49,710 nucleotides of DNA from Candidatus Nomurabacteria bacterium UBA5155 (GCA_002413705.1 DHXN01000008.1:16576-66285); one strand, 5' to 3'. Shown: positions 26,457-36,654, counted from the first letter of the stretch. Translations and numbers: made by a program. Notes: generated from the letters alone by a model not told the origin.

Positions 26457-26819
26457 ATGGAAAATTCATATTTAAATGGCCCTGAAAATAATAATGAAAT
26501 AACACCCGACCAAAAGTTAGAAGATTTGCAGTTTTTATCAGAAATGGCAAAGGAAACAGGTTTTATAGAAACGCCCGAAATGAAAGAGTTAAGAAAAATT
26601 CCCAGCGAGTGGGTAGAAAAAGCTCAAGAATTGGTAGAAAGTGCTGAAAAAGATAGTCCTGCACGCAAGAGATTGTTTGTTGGATATCTTATAGAATTGA
26701 TAGGAATCTGTCTCGAACAAAATGACCGCGATGAATATTTTAAAAATGTTGACTATGCAGCGCAGGCTGCCCGCAGTATCGGTGACATTGCTCTAGCTGA
26801 AAAAATAGAAACTTTTTAA
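26457..26819 (+). CDS. acidic hypothetical protein
   Basis: 120-aa clean ORF. TATAAT lies 6 nt before the ATG, and a hairpin (AGCTTG...CAAGCT, T-run) follows. Confidence 0.55.
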   Translation: MENSYLNGPENNNEITPDQKLEDLQFLSEMAKETGFIETPEMKELRKIPSEWVEKAQELVESAEKDSPARKRLFVGYLIELIGICLEQNDRDEYFKNVDYAAQAARSIGDIALAEKIETF

Positions 26820-26900
26820 TAAAGTTTTTCTAAAGAAAAAGCTTGTTTTATACACTCGCAAGCTTGATTTTACGGAAAGGGAATATGCTACACTGAAGTC

Positions 26901-27650
26901 ATGACTACTTCATACAAAATTGTGCAGAGTGACTTTATGTTTGACGACGTCCTTGCGGATGAAATCAGTAATAAGCAGTATACCCTCACTATCAAGGACA
27001 TGCCGACCGAGGACAAACCTCGGGAAAAGCTTGCGCACTATGGCCCGTCTGCGCTCTCCGTTCAGGAATTGGTGGCGGTCATTTTGACCACCGGCACCAA
27101 GAAAGAGGGTGTCATGAGTATGGCTTCTCGTATTATCAAGGACTACGGTGAGAAAACACTGGCTGGTCAAAGAGATGCTGCAGCCATGGCCAAAGATCTT
27201 GATATTCCGTTGATCAAAGCCATGCAAATTGTGGCATGTGCGGAGTTGGGTCGTCGCTTCTTTGATAAGAGCATCAGCGGTCCGCAAACCATTCGCACCG
27301 CCAAAGATGTCTATGACTATTTATATGACATGCGCAATCTGCCAAAAGAACATTTGCGTGGCATTTATTTGAACACTCACCATCGCATTGTGCACGATGA
27401 AGTTATTTCTATCGGCACCATCAATGGCAATCTCATTCATCCTCGTGAAGTGTTCAAGCCTGCCATTGAGCATGGTGCGGCAGCAGTGATCTTGGCGCAC
27501 AATCATCCTTCAGGCATCGTCACTCCCAGTCAGGCAGATATTGAAATCACTAAACATATTATTGAAGTGGGGAAGATCATTGGTATCCCTGTGGTGGACC
27601 ATGTCATCATTGTGGCTGATAAATTTATTAGTATTGACGTTGAGTATTAA
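26901..27650 (+). CDS. radC: RadC-family JAB/MPN domain protein
   Basis: N-terminal HhH region and C-terminal AHNHPSG JAMM motif. Confidence 0.85.
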   Translation: MTTSYKIVQSDFMFDDVLADEISNKQYTLTIKDMPTEDKPREKLAHYGPSALSVQELVAVILTTGTKKEGVMSMASRIIKDYGEKTLAGQRDAAAMAKDLDIPLIKAMQIVACAELGRRFFDKSISGPQTIRTAKDVYDYLYDMRNLPKEHLRGIYLNTHHRIVHDEVISIGTINGNLIHPREVFKPAIEHGAAAVILAHNHPSGIVTPSQADIEITKHIIEVGKIIGIPVVDHVIIVADKFISIDVEY

Positions 27651-27653
27651 AAA

Positions 27654-27926
27654 ATGAAAACATTAAAACACTATCAAGTTTCTACCGTACCATCATATTT
27701 CTCAAATATTTCTTCCATCCAAAAGTTGGCAGTCTTGCACGACGCGCCGATTGATGACAAGAAAGTCGAATTGCAAATACATTTTAACGATTTGTATCAA
27801 GTCTTCATGCATCGCTTTGCGCAGTATGCGCTGACTGATACTGTGGCAGAAACCGAAGAAGACAAGCTGGCGAATATTTTTCTGCAATTGATCAAGACCA
27901 AGCGAACACTTCGAGAAGAGGACTAA
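27654..27926 (+). CDS. hypothetical protein (90 aa)
   Basis: It starts 4 nt after radC. I recognise no motif. Confidence 0.45.
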   Translation: MKTLKHYQVSTVPSYFSNISSIQKLAVLHDAPIDDKKVELQIHFNDLYQVFMHRFAQYALTDTVAETEEDKLANIFLQLIKTKRTLREED

Positions 27927-28603
27927 ACACGCTTTGCATAGCCATGAGCCAGGGCGATGGCATATATATGTTGCGCACCAGCCGCGCGCAATGCGCGGCT
28001 GGCTTCGTCTATGGTGCTGCCGGTGGTAATGACATCATCCACCACTATATATAGTGCGTGCGGATTGAGCGGATAGTGCTGCGCAGAAACTTCCATAGTG
28101 TGTGCCAAATTTTCTTGTCGCTGTTTGCGGCTATGCGTGTGGGCTTGCGAATCGGTGGCACGAATTTTTTTTAACACAGAAAGCATGTTTGCGTCGGGCA
28201 GTCCTGCATTGATCCATCGCGCAATCAGGTTGCTTTGATTGAAACCGCGGTTCAATGTTTTGCTGAAATATTGCGGCACAGGAACAAGTACAGTATTCAT
28301 GGGAGTGCTGCTTTGAAGCACTGAAGCCAGCTGATCGACGATATCGCAAGCGCCATATTGTGCCAATGCTTTGGCAGCAGCACTTTTGCGATGGTATTTC
28401 AATTCCCATATTGCTTTGCTAACCATTGGATCGCTATAGTCATAGATTGCAAAGGCATTTTGTACCTTTCCACTCGGATCAGCAATAGCGTTAGAAAGGG
28501 GAATATGTTCTATGCATGAGACACAAACAGCCATACCGCTTTTTTGGCAGCCAATACAGTGTTCGGGAAATAAGAAAGCAAGCAGTTCTTCAATCATAGG
28601 CAA
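27923..28603 (-). CDS. comFC: ComF-family phosphoribosyltransferase-domain protein
   Basis: N-terminal CxxC...CxxC zinc finger (CIGCQK...CVSCIE) and PRT motif YIVVDDVITTGST. Confidence 0.8.
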   Translation of the reverse strand: MPMIEELLAFLFPEHCIGCQKSGMAVCVSCIEHIPLSNAIADPSGKVQNAFAIYDYSDPMVSKAIWELKYHRKSAAAKALAQYGACDIVDQLASVLQSSTPMNTVLVPVPQYFSKTLNRGFNQSNLIARWINAGLPDANMLSVLKKIRATDSQAHTHSRKQRQENLAHTMEVSAQHYPLNPHALYIVVDDVITTGSTIDEASRALRAAGAQHIYAIALAHGYAKRV

Positions 28604-28633
28604 TCCGGATTTTTGCGTTATACTGTCTGATAT

Positions 28634-29764
28634 ATGGACAGTATACTCTCTAGTATCAAAAATGCCTTCTCGGGACTCTTTAGCGGGGCAGGTGATAACC
28701 GTGTGGTGGGTATTGATATTGGTACTTCATCGATCAAGGTGGTGGAACTCAAAAAAGAAGGCGGTCGAGTGATTCTCGATACCTATGGAGCGCTGGCGCT
28801 TGGTCAATATAATGAAGGTGGATTTATTGGACAGGTGACCAATCTCAGCGTTGAAAATCTAACCAAAGCCGTTATTGATGTATTGAGAGAAACAGCTATT
28901 ACCAGCACCAATATCGTACTCGGTATTCCCTCAGTGTCATGTATTATTTTTATTCTGCAATTGCCGTCACAAATTGAAGAAAAGAATTTGGCATTGGTCA
29001 TTCCCAATGAGGCCAAGAAATTTATTCCTGTACCGCTGAACGATGTGTCACTGGACTGGTATGTATTGCCTCGACGCGAAGACTCCGGCAATGAAGCGCG
29101 TGTGCTGGCGGAAAGCGGCGGAGTGGCAACCATGTCAGTGTTGGTTGTGGCAACATTGAACGAAACACTTACCAAATACACCGATGTTATGCAAAAATCA
29201 GGACTACCGGTGGATAGTTTGGAAATCGAAGTCTTCAGTCATATTCGTTCTGTTATGACTCGCGAACTGTATCCGGTGATGATTGTTGATATCGGCGCAT
29301 CAAAAACCAAGCTGACAATTGTTGAGCATGGTATTGTCGAAACATTTCGTTTGGTGAACAAAGGTTCGCAAGACATGACGCAAGCCATCAGTCACAGTTT
29401 TGAACTGTCATTTGAACAGGCAGAAAATCTCAAAAAAGAACACGGATTGATCGCGCCGCCGGAATATCCGCGTCTGGCAGAGCCGATCAAGATTCAGCTT
29501 GCGGAGATTTTCCAAGAAACCAACGCCACCATTTTGGCATTTGAAAAACGATACAATAAAAATATCGGTAAAATCATTTTTACCGGCGGGGGAGCAATGA
29601 CACACGGACTGATCGATTACGCCAAGCAAAGTTTTGCTTCAGAGCTGGCAATCGCCGATCCTTTTGTAAAAGTTGAATCACCGGTATTTCTCAGTGGTGT
29701 GTTAAAAAACACCGGACCAGAATTTTCTATCGCTATCGGACTGGCATTGAAGAAAATTCAATAG
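28634..29764 (+). CDS. pilM: type IV pilus assembly protein PilM (actin-like ATPase)
   Basis: VVGIDIGTSSIKVVELKK, IVDIGASKTKL and IIFTGGGA. Confidence 0.8.
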   Translation: MDSILSSIKNAFSGLFSGAGDNRVVGIDIGTSSIKVVELKKEGGRVILDTYGALALGQYNEGGFIGQVTNLSVENLTKAVIDVLRETAITSTNIVLGIPSVSCIIFILQLPSQIEEKNLALVIPNEAKKFIPVPLNDVSLDWYVLPRREDSGNEARVLAESGGVATMSVLVVATLNETLTKYTDVMQKSGLPVDSLEIEVFSHIRSVMTRELYPVMIVDIGASKTKLTIVEHGIVETFRLVNKGSQDMTQAISHSFELSFEQAENLKKEHGLIAPPEYPRLAEPIKIQLAEIFQETNATILAFEKRYNKNIGKIIFTGGGAMTHGLIDYAKQSFASELAIADPFVKVESPVFLSGVLKNTGPEFSIAIGLALKKIQ

Positions 29765-29780
29765 TATACTTTCAGTATCA

Positions 29781-30440
29781 ATGGAACCCATCGTCTCAAC
29801 TTCGTTCATTCCAAAACGGCCAGTATCAACTGAGCCAATCATTACCAATCGTCATAGTGGCGTAGTGGGACTTTTATCTTTTATTACTTTTATTGTTGTG
29901 CTTGGTACCGCTGTTGCATTTGTTGGCGTCTATTTATATCAAAAATCTTTGGCGGCACAGCAAGCAAATGCGCAAGCCGCCATCATTAAAGCGCAAAACG
30001 GTCTCGGTACCACATTTGTATCCGACATGCAGCGCCTCAGCAATCGCATCACCGGCGTGAAAACGTTGATTCAAAACCATGTTGTCGTGTCACCAATCTT
30101 TGACGCGCTGCAGGCCACAACACTGCGGGATGTGCAGTACAAAGATTTTAGTTATCAGTTCACTACCGACAGCGGCAATCACAACAAGCTTGTGCAGGTC
30201 AGTATTACCGGTGTGGCAAAAAGCTACGCGACACTTGCGTTGCAGTCAGATGCATATGCCAAGAGTACGCTCATTCAAAACCCAATCTTTTCCGGTCTGA
30301 CTGTTGAAGATAAAACACAATACATAGACTTCAAGCTCGTGTTCACTGTCGATCCAAACGCCCTTTCATACCAGACGTTCATCAACAGTCTGCCTGCCAG
30401 TCAAACCAATTCGGTAAGTTCAGTGAGTTCGTCAACATGA
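29781..30440 (+). CDS. PilN-like bitopic pilus assembly protein
   Basis: Single TM helix after a short cytoplasmic N-terminus. It lies directly after pilM. The call rests on position and topology. Confidence 0.5.
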   Translation: MEPIVSTSFIPKRPVSTEPIITNRHSGVVGLLSFITFIVVLGTAVAFVGVYLYQKSLAAQQANAQAAIIKAQNGLGTTFVSDMQRLSNRITGVKTLIQNHVVVSPIFDALQATTLRDVQYKDFSYQFTTDSGNHNKLVQVSITGVAKSYATLALQSDAYAKSTLIQNPIFSGLTVEDKTQYIDFKLVFTVDPNALSYQTFINSLPASQTNSVSSVSSST

Positions 30441-31075
30441 GATACATTTTTTTACTACTTCTAATAGCAGGATCAGTCGGAATATTTGTTGCGGTTATTA
30501 TTCCTCGCTATGATGCCATCAACATAGAACGCGCTCAACTTACCGGCTACAATGCTGATCTCATTACTGCCAATCAGTTGCAACAATCTCGCGATACGTT
30601 GATTGCACAATATAATAATATTAATCAAACAGACATTACCAATATCAAAACATTGCTCCCAGATAGTGTCGATGACATTCGTCTTATCATTCAGCTTGAT
30701 TCATTGGCAACAAAAAATGGTTTGTCATCATTGCGCAATTTGAACTATGATGCACCGCAAGCGTCAACTAAAACGGGGACTGCCGGCACTGCTTCAGCCG
30801 GAGCTGCTCCTGTTGCAAATGCTACTCCTACGCTTAGCCCTAGTGTGTCACAGAGCACCTACGGTCAGTTTGTGATTTCATTTGAAACGACAGGTCAGTA
30901 TTCAAACTTTTTGTCATTCATGTCAGACTTGGAACAAAATCTTCGACTGGTGGATATCACTGATGTTGAATTCACTCCCGCTCAGGCGACCAGTACTGGT
31001 ACTACCACTGCTCCCACCGCCGCGACCGGACTGGGGTACAAGGTCACATTAACAACTTACTGGTTGAAACAATAA
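30437..31075 (+). CDS. PilO-like bitopic pilus assembly protein
   Basis: N-terminal TM helix, a coiled segment, and a 4-nt overlap with the upstream gene. The call rests on position and topology. Confidence 0.5.
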   Translation: MRYIFLLLLIAGSVGIFVAVIIPRYDAINIERAQLTGYNADLITANQLQQSRDTLIAQYNNINQTDITNIKTLLPDSVDDIRLIIQLDSLATKNGLSSLRNLNYDAPQASTKTGTAGTASAGAAPVANATPTLSPSVSQSTYGQFVISFETTGQYSNFLSFMSDLEQNLRLVDITDVEFTPAQATSTGTTTAPTAATGLGYKVTLTTYWLKQ

Positions 31076-31079
31076 TATA

Positions 31080-31745
31080 ATGAGTAAAAAAGTTAAAATT
31101 TTCGTAATCGTCGTTCTGGTCATCGCAGCATTGGTTGGAGCATTTTCATATTTTGGCAACAGTGCACCGGTTCCTTCAGCCAGTGCGCTCAAAAACTCAA
31201 CTGCTTCGGCGGTTCTTCCTGGCGGCGGTGGAGCAGTGACTCCTGTGATGAATACCGGCGGCACAGGTGCATTTACTGCACTGCTCTCAAGTATCAACGG
31301 CATCAATCTCGATACTTCTATTTTTTCAAGTCCTGCCTACAAGGCTTTGCGCGACTATCCAGTATCTCTGGGCACTGCAATCATCGGTCGTCAAAATCCA
31401 TTTGCTCCTATTGGTATCGATAGTGGTTCTACAATAGCAGGCACATTGTCCGTGCAAACACTTGCGCCAGATAAAGTACTCAGTACTTCCGGTGAATTTG
31501 GAGCACTTGTCACCGCCTCAACTACTGACCCTGTGACAGTAGTATTTCAATACGGCACCAGCGACACATTTGGATCAGCCACGACACCAACAGCAGTGAC
31601 AAAAAATGGCACAGCATTGTTTACCGCCACCGCACTTACACCTGCAACGTTGTACTACGTTGAGGCAGTAGCAGTACAAGGATCGACTACTGCGACCGGT
31701 GCTATTATGACATTTACCACTGCCGCTGCTGCGCAGAAACACTAA
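31080..31745 (+). CDS. membrane-anchored hypothetical protein with C-terminal Fn3-like beta domain
   Basis: TM helix IFVIVVLVIAALVGAF. The C-terminus is VVFQYGTSDTFGSATT...LTPATLYYVEAVAVQG...MTFTT. Confidence 0.45.
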   Translation: MSKKVKIFVIVVLVIAALVGAFSYFGNSAPVPSASALKNSTASAVLPGGGGAVTPVMNTGGTGAFTALLSSINGINLDTSIFSSPAYKALRDYPVSLGTAIIGRQNPFAPIGIDSGSTIAGTLSVQTLAPDKVLSTSGEFGALVTASTTDPVTVVFQYGTSDTFGSATTPTAVTKNGTALFTATALTPATLYYVEAVAVQGSTTATGAIMTFTTAAAAQKH

Positions 31746-31746
31746 A

Positions 31747-33480
31747 ATGTTTCTTGATTTTCTCCTCGCACAACACATCATCACCGATCTGCAATATAAT
31801 CGCGTGATGGCCGAATTGGAACACGAGTACCACGGCGATATCAATGCCGCGCTTACTGCTCTTGGTTTGGCTGAAGATGTTGTTACGCAAGCCAAAGGCT
31901 CGTTCTATCATTTACCATACATAAAAATTGCCACCAACGGTGTTGCTGGAGAGACGCTAAAATACATTCCTGAAGAAGCTGCTCGGCAATATAAATTTGT
32001 TCCGTTGTCATTTTCAGAAGGCGTGCTTTCGATCGGTGTGACCGAACCAGAAAATATGGAGTCGATGAATGCGTTGCAGTTCATGTCGGTGAAGCTCGGC
32101 GTGCCATTCAAAGTCTTTCTGATTTCTTCAACCGATTTTGCCGCGGTCATTCAACAATACAGCGAGGTGACACAAGAGACTGTCGACGGTGAAGTCAGCA
32201 AGCTCAACAGAGAGCTTGAACTGGCCAATAAAAAAGACGGTGATGAACCCGATGTTGCAAAGAAAAAAGCAGTTGATCCAAATCAGCAAGAAAAAATCGT
32301 TGAAGACGCTCCGATCATCAAAATTGTTGCCGTCATCATTCAGCATGCCGTGGAAGGAGGCGCATCCGATATTCACATTGAAAACAATGGTGCATCAGTG
32401 AAAGTGCGCTATCGTGTTGACGGCACATTGCACACCACACTCGTGCTGCCGCTGCTGAGCTTCGATGCTATCATTGCGCGTATTAAAATTTTGGCCAAGC
32501 TCCGTCTGGATGAAAAGCGTAAACCGCAAGATGGAAGTTTCGTCACAATGCTTGAGGGCAGAAAAATTGAATTTCGTGTTTCAACATTTCCTGCATACTA
32601 CGGCGAAAAAGTCGTAATGCGTATTTTGGATGCTGAAAATGGTATCAAAAAATTGGAAGATCTCGATCTGTCTCCGGAACATTTCAAAATGGTGCAAGCG
32701 GCATTGGCGAAACCGTACGGTTTGATTTTGATTTCTGGTCCGACTGGTTCTGGTAAGAGTACGACACTGTATTCGATGCTTAGTGCAGTTGATAAAGAGG
32801 GCAGTAATGTCGTATCGCTGGAAGATCCTGTTGAATATCAAATCCCCGGCGTGACACAGTCTCAGGTTATGCCGGAAATTGGCTACACGTTTGCCTCCGG
32901 TTTGCGTTCTATTTTGCGTCAGGACCCGAACATTATCATGGTGGGAGAAATCCGCGATAAAGAAACGGCAGAGTTGGCGATTCAAGCCGCGCTGACCGGA
33001 CACTTGGTGCTTTCAACCATTCACACCAACAGCGCCATCGGTATCATCCCGCGTCTGGTCGACATGGGAATTGATCCTTATTTGATCGCGCCAACATTGG
33101 TCATGGCCATCGCGCAGCGTTTGGTGCGTCGTGTCCACCCCAGCGCTCGTCATCAAGTGCCAATGGATGAAATAACAAAAGATTTTATTAAAAAAGAATT
33201 TGCCGATCTGACTCCTGAAGAAATCACAAACTTGCACGTGCCGGATACTATGTACGAAATTCGTCCTTCATCCGAAGCGCCATCAGGCACTCGCGGCCGT
33301 ATTGCCGCTTTTGAAATGTTTGCCGTTGATAAAGATGTCCAGCAAATTATTTTGAAAGATCCAACAGAGCCAGAGTTGTACAAGATCACTCGCGCCAAAG
33401 GCATGCTGACCATGCGCGAGGATGCACTGATGAAAGCACTGCATGGTGAAGTCCCGATGCAAGAAGTCTTTGGACTGTAG
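31747..33480 (+). CDS. pilB: type IV pilus assembly ATPase PilB (GspE family)
   Basis: Walker A SGPTGSGKSTT, Asp box, Walker B IIMVGEIRD, His box, and an N-terminal GSPII domain. Confidence 0.9.
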   Translation: MFLDFLLAQHIITDLQYNRVMAELEHEYHGDINAALTALGLAEDVVTQAKGSFYHLPYIKIATNGVAGETLKYIPEEAARQYKFVPLSFSEGVLSIGVTEPENMESMNALQFMSVKLGVPFKVFLISSTDFAAVIQQYSEVTQETVDGEVSKLNRELELANKKDGDEPDVAKKKAVDPNQQEKIVEDAPIIKIVAVIIQHAVEGGASDIHIENNGASVKVRYRVDGTLHTTLVLPLLSFDAIIARIKILAKLRLDEKRKPQDGSFVTMLEGRKIEFRVSTFPAYYGEKVVMRILDAENGIKKLEDLDLSPEHFKMVQAALAKPYGLILISGPTGSGKSTTLYSMLSAVDKEGSNVVSLEDPVEYQIPGVTQSQVMPEIGYTFASGLRSILRQDPNIIMVGEIRDKETAELAIQAALTGHLVLSTIHTNSAIGIIPRLVDMGIDPYLIAPTLVMAIAQRLVRRVHPSARHQVPMDEITKDFIKKEFADLTPEEITNLHVPDTMYEIRPSSEAPSGTRGRIAAFEMFAVDKDVQQIILKDPTEPELYKITRAKGMLTMREDALMKALHGEVPMQEVFGL

Positions 33481-33491
33481 CCGCACGATCG

Positions 33492-33520
33492 TTGACAGAA
33501 TCAATAAAAAGTGCTATTAT
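33492..33520 (+). promoter_or_regulatory. consensus sigma70-type promoter
   Basis: TTGACA, exactly 17 nt, then TATTAT. Confidence 0.6.
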
Positions 33521-33576
33521 AAAAACGGAAAAACGATATTGTTCTCCACAACCAAAAATACAAATACTGTAAGCAA

Positions 33577-34248
33577 ATGACAAGAATTGTAGGCAGCCCC
33601 ATCACTCGTGGACAGTCCACCGAGATGGTAAACCAAATCGAAAACGCAATGAAAAAATGCGGTGTCGATCCTCAACAAATCACTAAAAAAATGCTCAACA
33701 AAAAAGCATTCGAAAAGTTTATTGTTGATTATCTAAAAGAAAATAACCAAGCGCAAATTGTTTCAGAAAAATTTGATGCAAACGACAAAGTTATCAGTAC
33801 CACCCCGAGCGGCAAAACCTATACCGTTAAAAACGACAAACTGGTTGCGCTTAAGTCCGAAGGCGGATTATTCGATTATGTTGATGGCGATATTAACGGC
33901 TGGTTCGGCGATGTAACATTCACCGATACCGAAGCAGTATCTGGCAGGGTACAGCGTTTCAAAAATGCCATGACCCATCGCGCCATTATTGACGAAGGTA
34001 ACAGCCTTGGCATATATGAAGAATACGACATCGTGCAAGCATTGCTTTTGGCGAATGAATTGGTAAAAGCAGGTGAAATCGAAAAACCAGGTTTCGGTGT
34101 GATCATTTATTTGAAAAACACCAGAAATAGTAACCGCTGCAGGCTCGACGTGGGTCGCTATTCCGATGGCGAGTTGGGCGTCAGCGTCGACGAGGTGAAT
34201 GTCGACTTCGAGTGGAGCGCTGGCGGTGGTACCCTCTTTAGCAACTGA
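33577..34248 (+). CDS. hypothetical protein (223 aa), orphan unit inside the pilus operon
   Basis: Clean ORF with its own promoter upstream and a hairpin plus T-run downstream. I recognise no motif. Confidence 0.6.
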   Translation: MTRIVGSPITRGQSTEMVNQIENAMKKCGVDPQQITKKMLNKKAFEKFIVDYLKENNQAQIVSEKFDANDKVISTTPSGKTYTVKNDKLVALKSEGGLFDYVDGDINGWFGDVTFTDTEAVSGRVQRFKNAMTHRAIIDEGNSLGIYEEYDIVQALLLANELVKAGEIEKPGFGVIIYLKNTRNSNRCRLDVGRYSDGELGVSVDEVNVDFEWSAGGGTLFSN

Positions 34249-34299
34249 AACTTTTTCATTTTGTTCTAACAATTAAAACCCTTAGGCCCTTAGGCCCTT

Positions 34300-34326
34300 A
34301 GTATCTTTGATACTTTGGGTCTTTTT
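34300..34326 (+). terminator. short hairpin + T-run
   Basis: AGTATC-ttt-GATACT followed by TTGGGTCTTTTT. It is preceded by the tandem CCCTTAGG x2.9 (34279-34301). Confidence 0.4.
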
Positions 34327-34376
34327 AATTAAGAGTATAGACGTAGTGAGTTGAAACACGCTATACTACATGCATC

Positions 34377-35435
34377 ATGGACTATAAAAAATCGTTCGAA
34401 GCATTACTCGAAATTTTGATTGCGCAACAAGGATCAGACCTGCACATTTCTGCCGGGCGTGTGCCGGCAGTGCGTGTGAATGGCGATCTGATCTTTTTAT
34501 TAAATCACGCGGCGCTGACACAGGAAGATTTGTCCGGCATGCTCAAAGCGATTCTGTCCGAGGATCACTACAAGCACTTTACCGACGTTGAAGAACTCGA
34601 CTTTTCATACGAATATCAATCAAAGCTTCGTTTACGCGGCAATGCATTTGTGCAACAAGGCAAAGTCGGTATTGTGTTACGCTTGATTCCGGAAGTGAAA
34701 ACATTCGAAGAACTCGGACTACCGGTTATTTTGAAAGACTTTGCGCGCAAGCGACAGGGATTTTTCTTGGTGGTGGGTCCGGTCGGACAAGGTAAGTCCG
34801 CAACCATGGCAGCGATGGTACGACTGATCAACGAAGAACGCGCGGCGCACATTATGACGATTGAAGATCCGGTGGAATACACGTATCCGGAAGGCAAGTC
34901 CATTATTGACCAACGCGAAGTCGGCATTGATACCGCGGACTTTCCTGTGGCATTGAACTCAGCATTTCGTCAGGATGTGAACGTGATTTTGATCGGTGAA
35001 ATGCGTAATGCCGAAACTATCGGTACGGCGGTGACTGCCGCTGAAACAGGACACCTTGTGCTTTCGACTCTTCACACCAACAATGCCTCACAAACGGTTG
35101 ATCGTATCATCGACTCATTTCCGTCAGGACAGCAAGATCAGATTCGTGTGCAGCTGGCCAGTTCATTGATCGGTATTTTCTCACAACGTTTGATTCCGCG
35201 CGTGGCCGGAGGACGTGTACCTGCATATGAATTATTGATCAATAACAATGCAGTATCAAACTTGATTCGTGAAAAACGCACTCATGAAATTGACATGGTC
35301 ATTGAAACCGGCTCAGAGCTTGGCATGATCGACATGAACCGCTCACTGGTTGATCTTGTTCGTCGCGGAGAAATTACTATCGAAAATGCATATGCGTATG
35401 CGATCAATCCAAAAAGTCTGGAGCGCCTGCTATAA
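34377..35435 (+). CDS. pilT: twitching-motility retraction ATPase PilT
   Basis: GPVGQGKSAT, ILIGEMR, GHLVLSTLHT and 352 aa. Confidence 0.9.
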   Translation: MDYKKSFEALLEILIAQQGSDLHISAGRVPAVRVNGDLIFLLNHAALTQEDLSGMLKAILSEDHYKHFTDVEELDFSYEYQSKLRLRGNAFVQQGKVGIVLRLIPEVKTFEELGLPVILKDFARKRQGFFLVVGPVGQGKSATMAAMVRLINEERAAHIMTIEDPVEYTYPEGKSIIDQREVGIDTADFPVALNSAFRQDVNVILIGEMRNAETIGTAVTAAETGHLVLSTLHTNNASQTVDRIIDSFPSGQQDQIRVQLASSLIGIFSQRLIPRVAGGRVPAYELLINNNAVSNLIREKRTHEIDMVIETGSELGMIDMNRSLVDLVRRGEITIENAYAYAINPKSLERLL

Positions 35436-35438
35436 CAT

Positions 35439-36644
35439 ATGAACTACGTCTACACAGCCATCACTGATAAAGGAGAGAAGCGCGAGGGAATGATTGAAGC
35501 CGTCAATCAAGAACTTGCTGTTGGTGGCCTGCAACGTCGCGGACTGATCGTGACCTCGATCAAAAGTGAAGCCGATGCGAAGAAATGGTTTGAACTGACA
35601 CTCTTCGAACACGTGCCGCTAAAAGACATTGTGATTTTGTCTCGACAAATGTCGACACTCTTTGAAGCGCAAGTGTCCGCGCTCAAAGCGTTTAGTTTGT
35701 TGTCAGAAAATACTGAAAATAAATTGCTCGGCCGCAAACTGGAAACCATCGTTGCCGACTTGCAAGCCGGCTCATCCATTGCTGCGGCCATGGCGAAGCA
35801 AGGTGATATCTTTTCAGACTTCTATGTAAACATGGTGAAAGCCGGCGAAGAGTCCGGAAAGCTCACACAAGTGTTTTCATTCTTGGCCGACTATCTCGAT
35901 CGTCAGTACGCGCTGACCACTAAAACAAAAAACGCATTGGTCTACCCGGCATTCGTGGTCGGCGTGTTTTTTGTGGTGATGATTTTGATGTTCACTTTGA
36001 TTGTGCCAAAACTGTCCAGTATTATTACTGAATCAGGACAGGCAATCCCGGTCTATACACAAGTCGTTTTCGGCATCAGTAACTTCTTTGTGAACTACGG
36101 TATTTTCATGCTCATCTTCTTGGTGTTGGGCGTGGCCGGACTTATTTATTATGCTCGCACTCCCAAGGGTAAACAGGTGCTTGATGATATAAAGTTTGCA
36201 GCGCCGGTCTTTGGTAATCTTTATAACAAACTGTACCTGTCTCGTATCGCCGATAACATGGATACGATGCTGTCGTCCGGTATTCCGATTGTGCGCGCCA
36301 TTGAAATCACTGCGCAGGTGGTGGGCAATAAGCGCTACCAAGCGATCATGGTCAGTGCCATGGAGGATGTGAAAGCTGGTAAGTCATTTTCACAAGCCTT
36401 ATCGGAGCATCCAGAAGTGCCAAAACTGATGTCGTCAATCATTCGTGTCGGTGAAGAAACCGGTTCTGTTGGGTCTATTTTGAAAATGTTGGCGCGCTTC
36501 TACAACCGTGAAGTCGATCAGTCTATTGACACATTGGTCGGACTGATCGAACCGTTCATGATCGTGTTCTTGGGCTTGGCGGTCGGTATTTTGCTTGTTT
36601 CCATTCTTGTGCCGATTTATAACATTGCTGGAGGTATTAGTTAG
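35439..36644 (+). CDS. pilC: type IV pilus platform protein PilC (GspF family)
   Basis: Two GspF repeats and three TM segments, 401 aa. Confidence 0.9.
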   Translation: MNYVYTAITDKGEKREGMIEAVNQELAVGGLQRRGLIVTSIKSEADAKKWFELTLFEHVPLKDIVILSRQMSTLFEAQVSALKAFSLLSENTENKLLGRKLETIVADLQAGSSIAAAMAKQGDIFSDFYVNMVKAGEESGKLTQVFSFLADYLDRQYALTTKTKNALVYPAFVVGVFFVVMILMFTLIVPKLSSIITESGQAIPVYTQVVFGISNFFVNYGIFMLIFLVLGVAGLIYYARTPKGKQVLDDIKFAAPVFGNLYNKLYLSRIADNMDTMLSSGIPIVRAIEITAQVVGNKRYQAIMVSAMEDVKAGKSFSQALSEHPEVPKLMSSIIRVGEETGSVGSILKMLARFYNREVDQSIDTLVGLIEPFMIVFLGLAVGILLVSILVPIYNIAGGIS

Positions 36645-36654
36645 GTGGTATACT
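36625..36654 (+). promoter_or_regulatory. possible pilin promoter
   Basis: TTGCTG, 18 nt, then TATACT. It overlaps the pilC 3' end. Confidence 0.35.

Noticed and set aside
34279-34301. Tandem CCCTTAGG x2.9 after the orphan gene.
   Set aside because: It is too short to call a functional repeat, with only three units. It may merely be part of the terminator region. It is mentioned under the orphan-gene finding.
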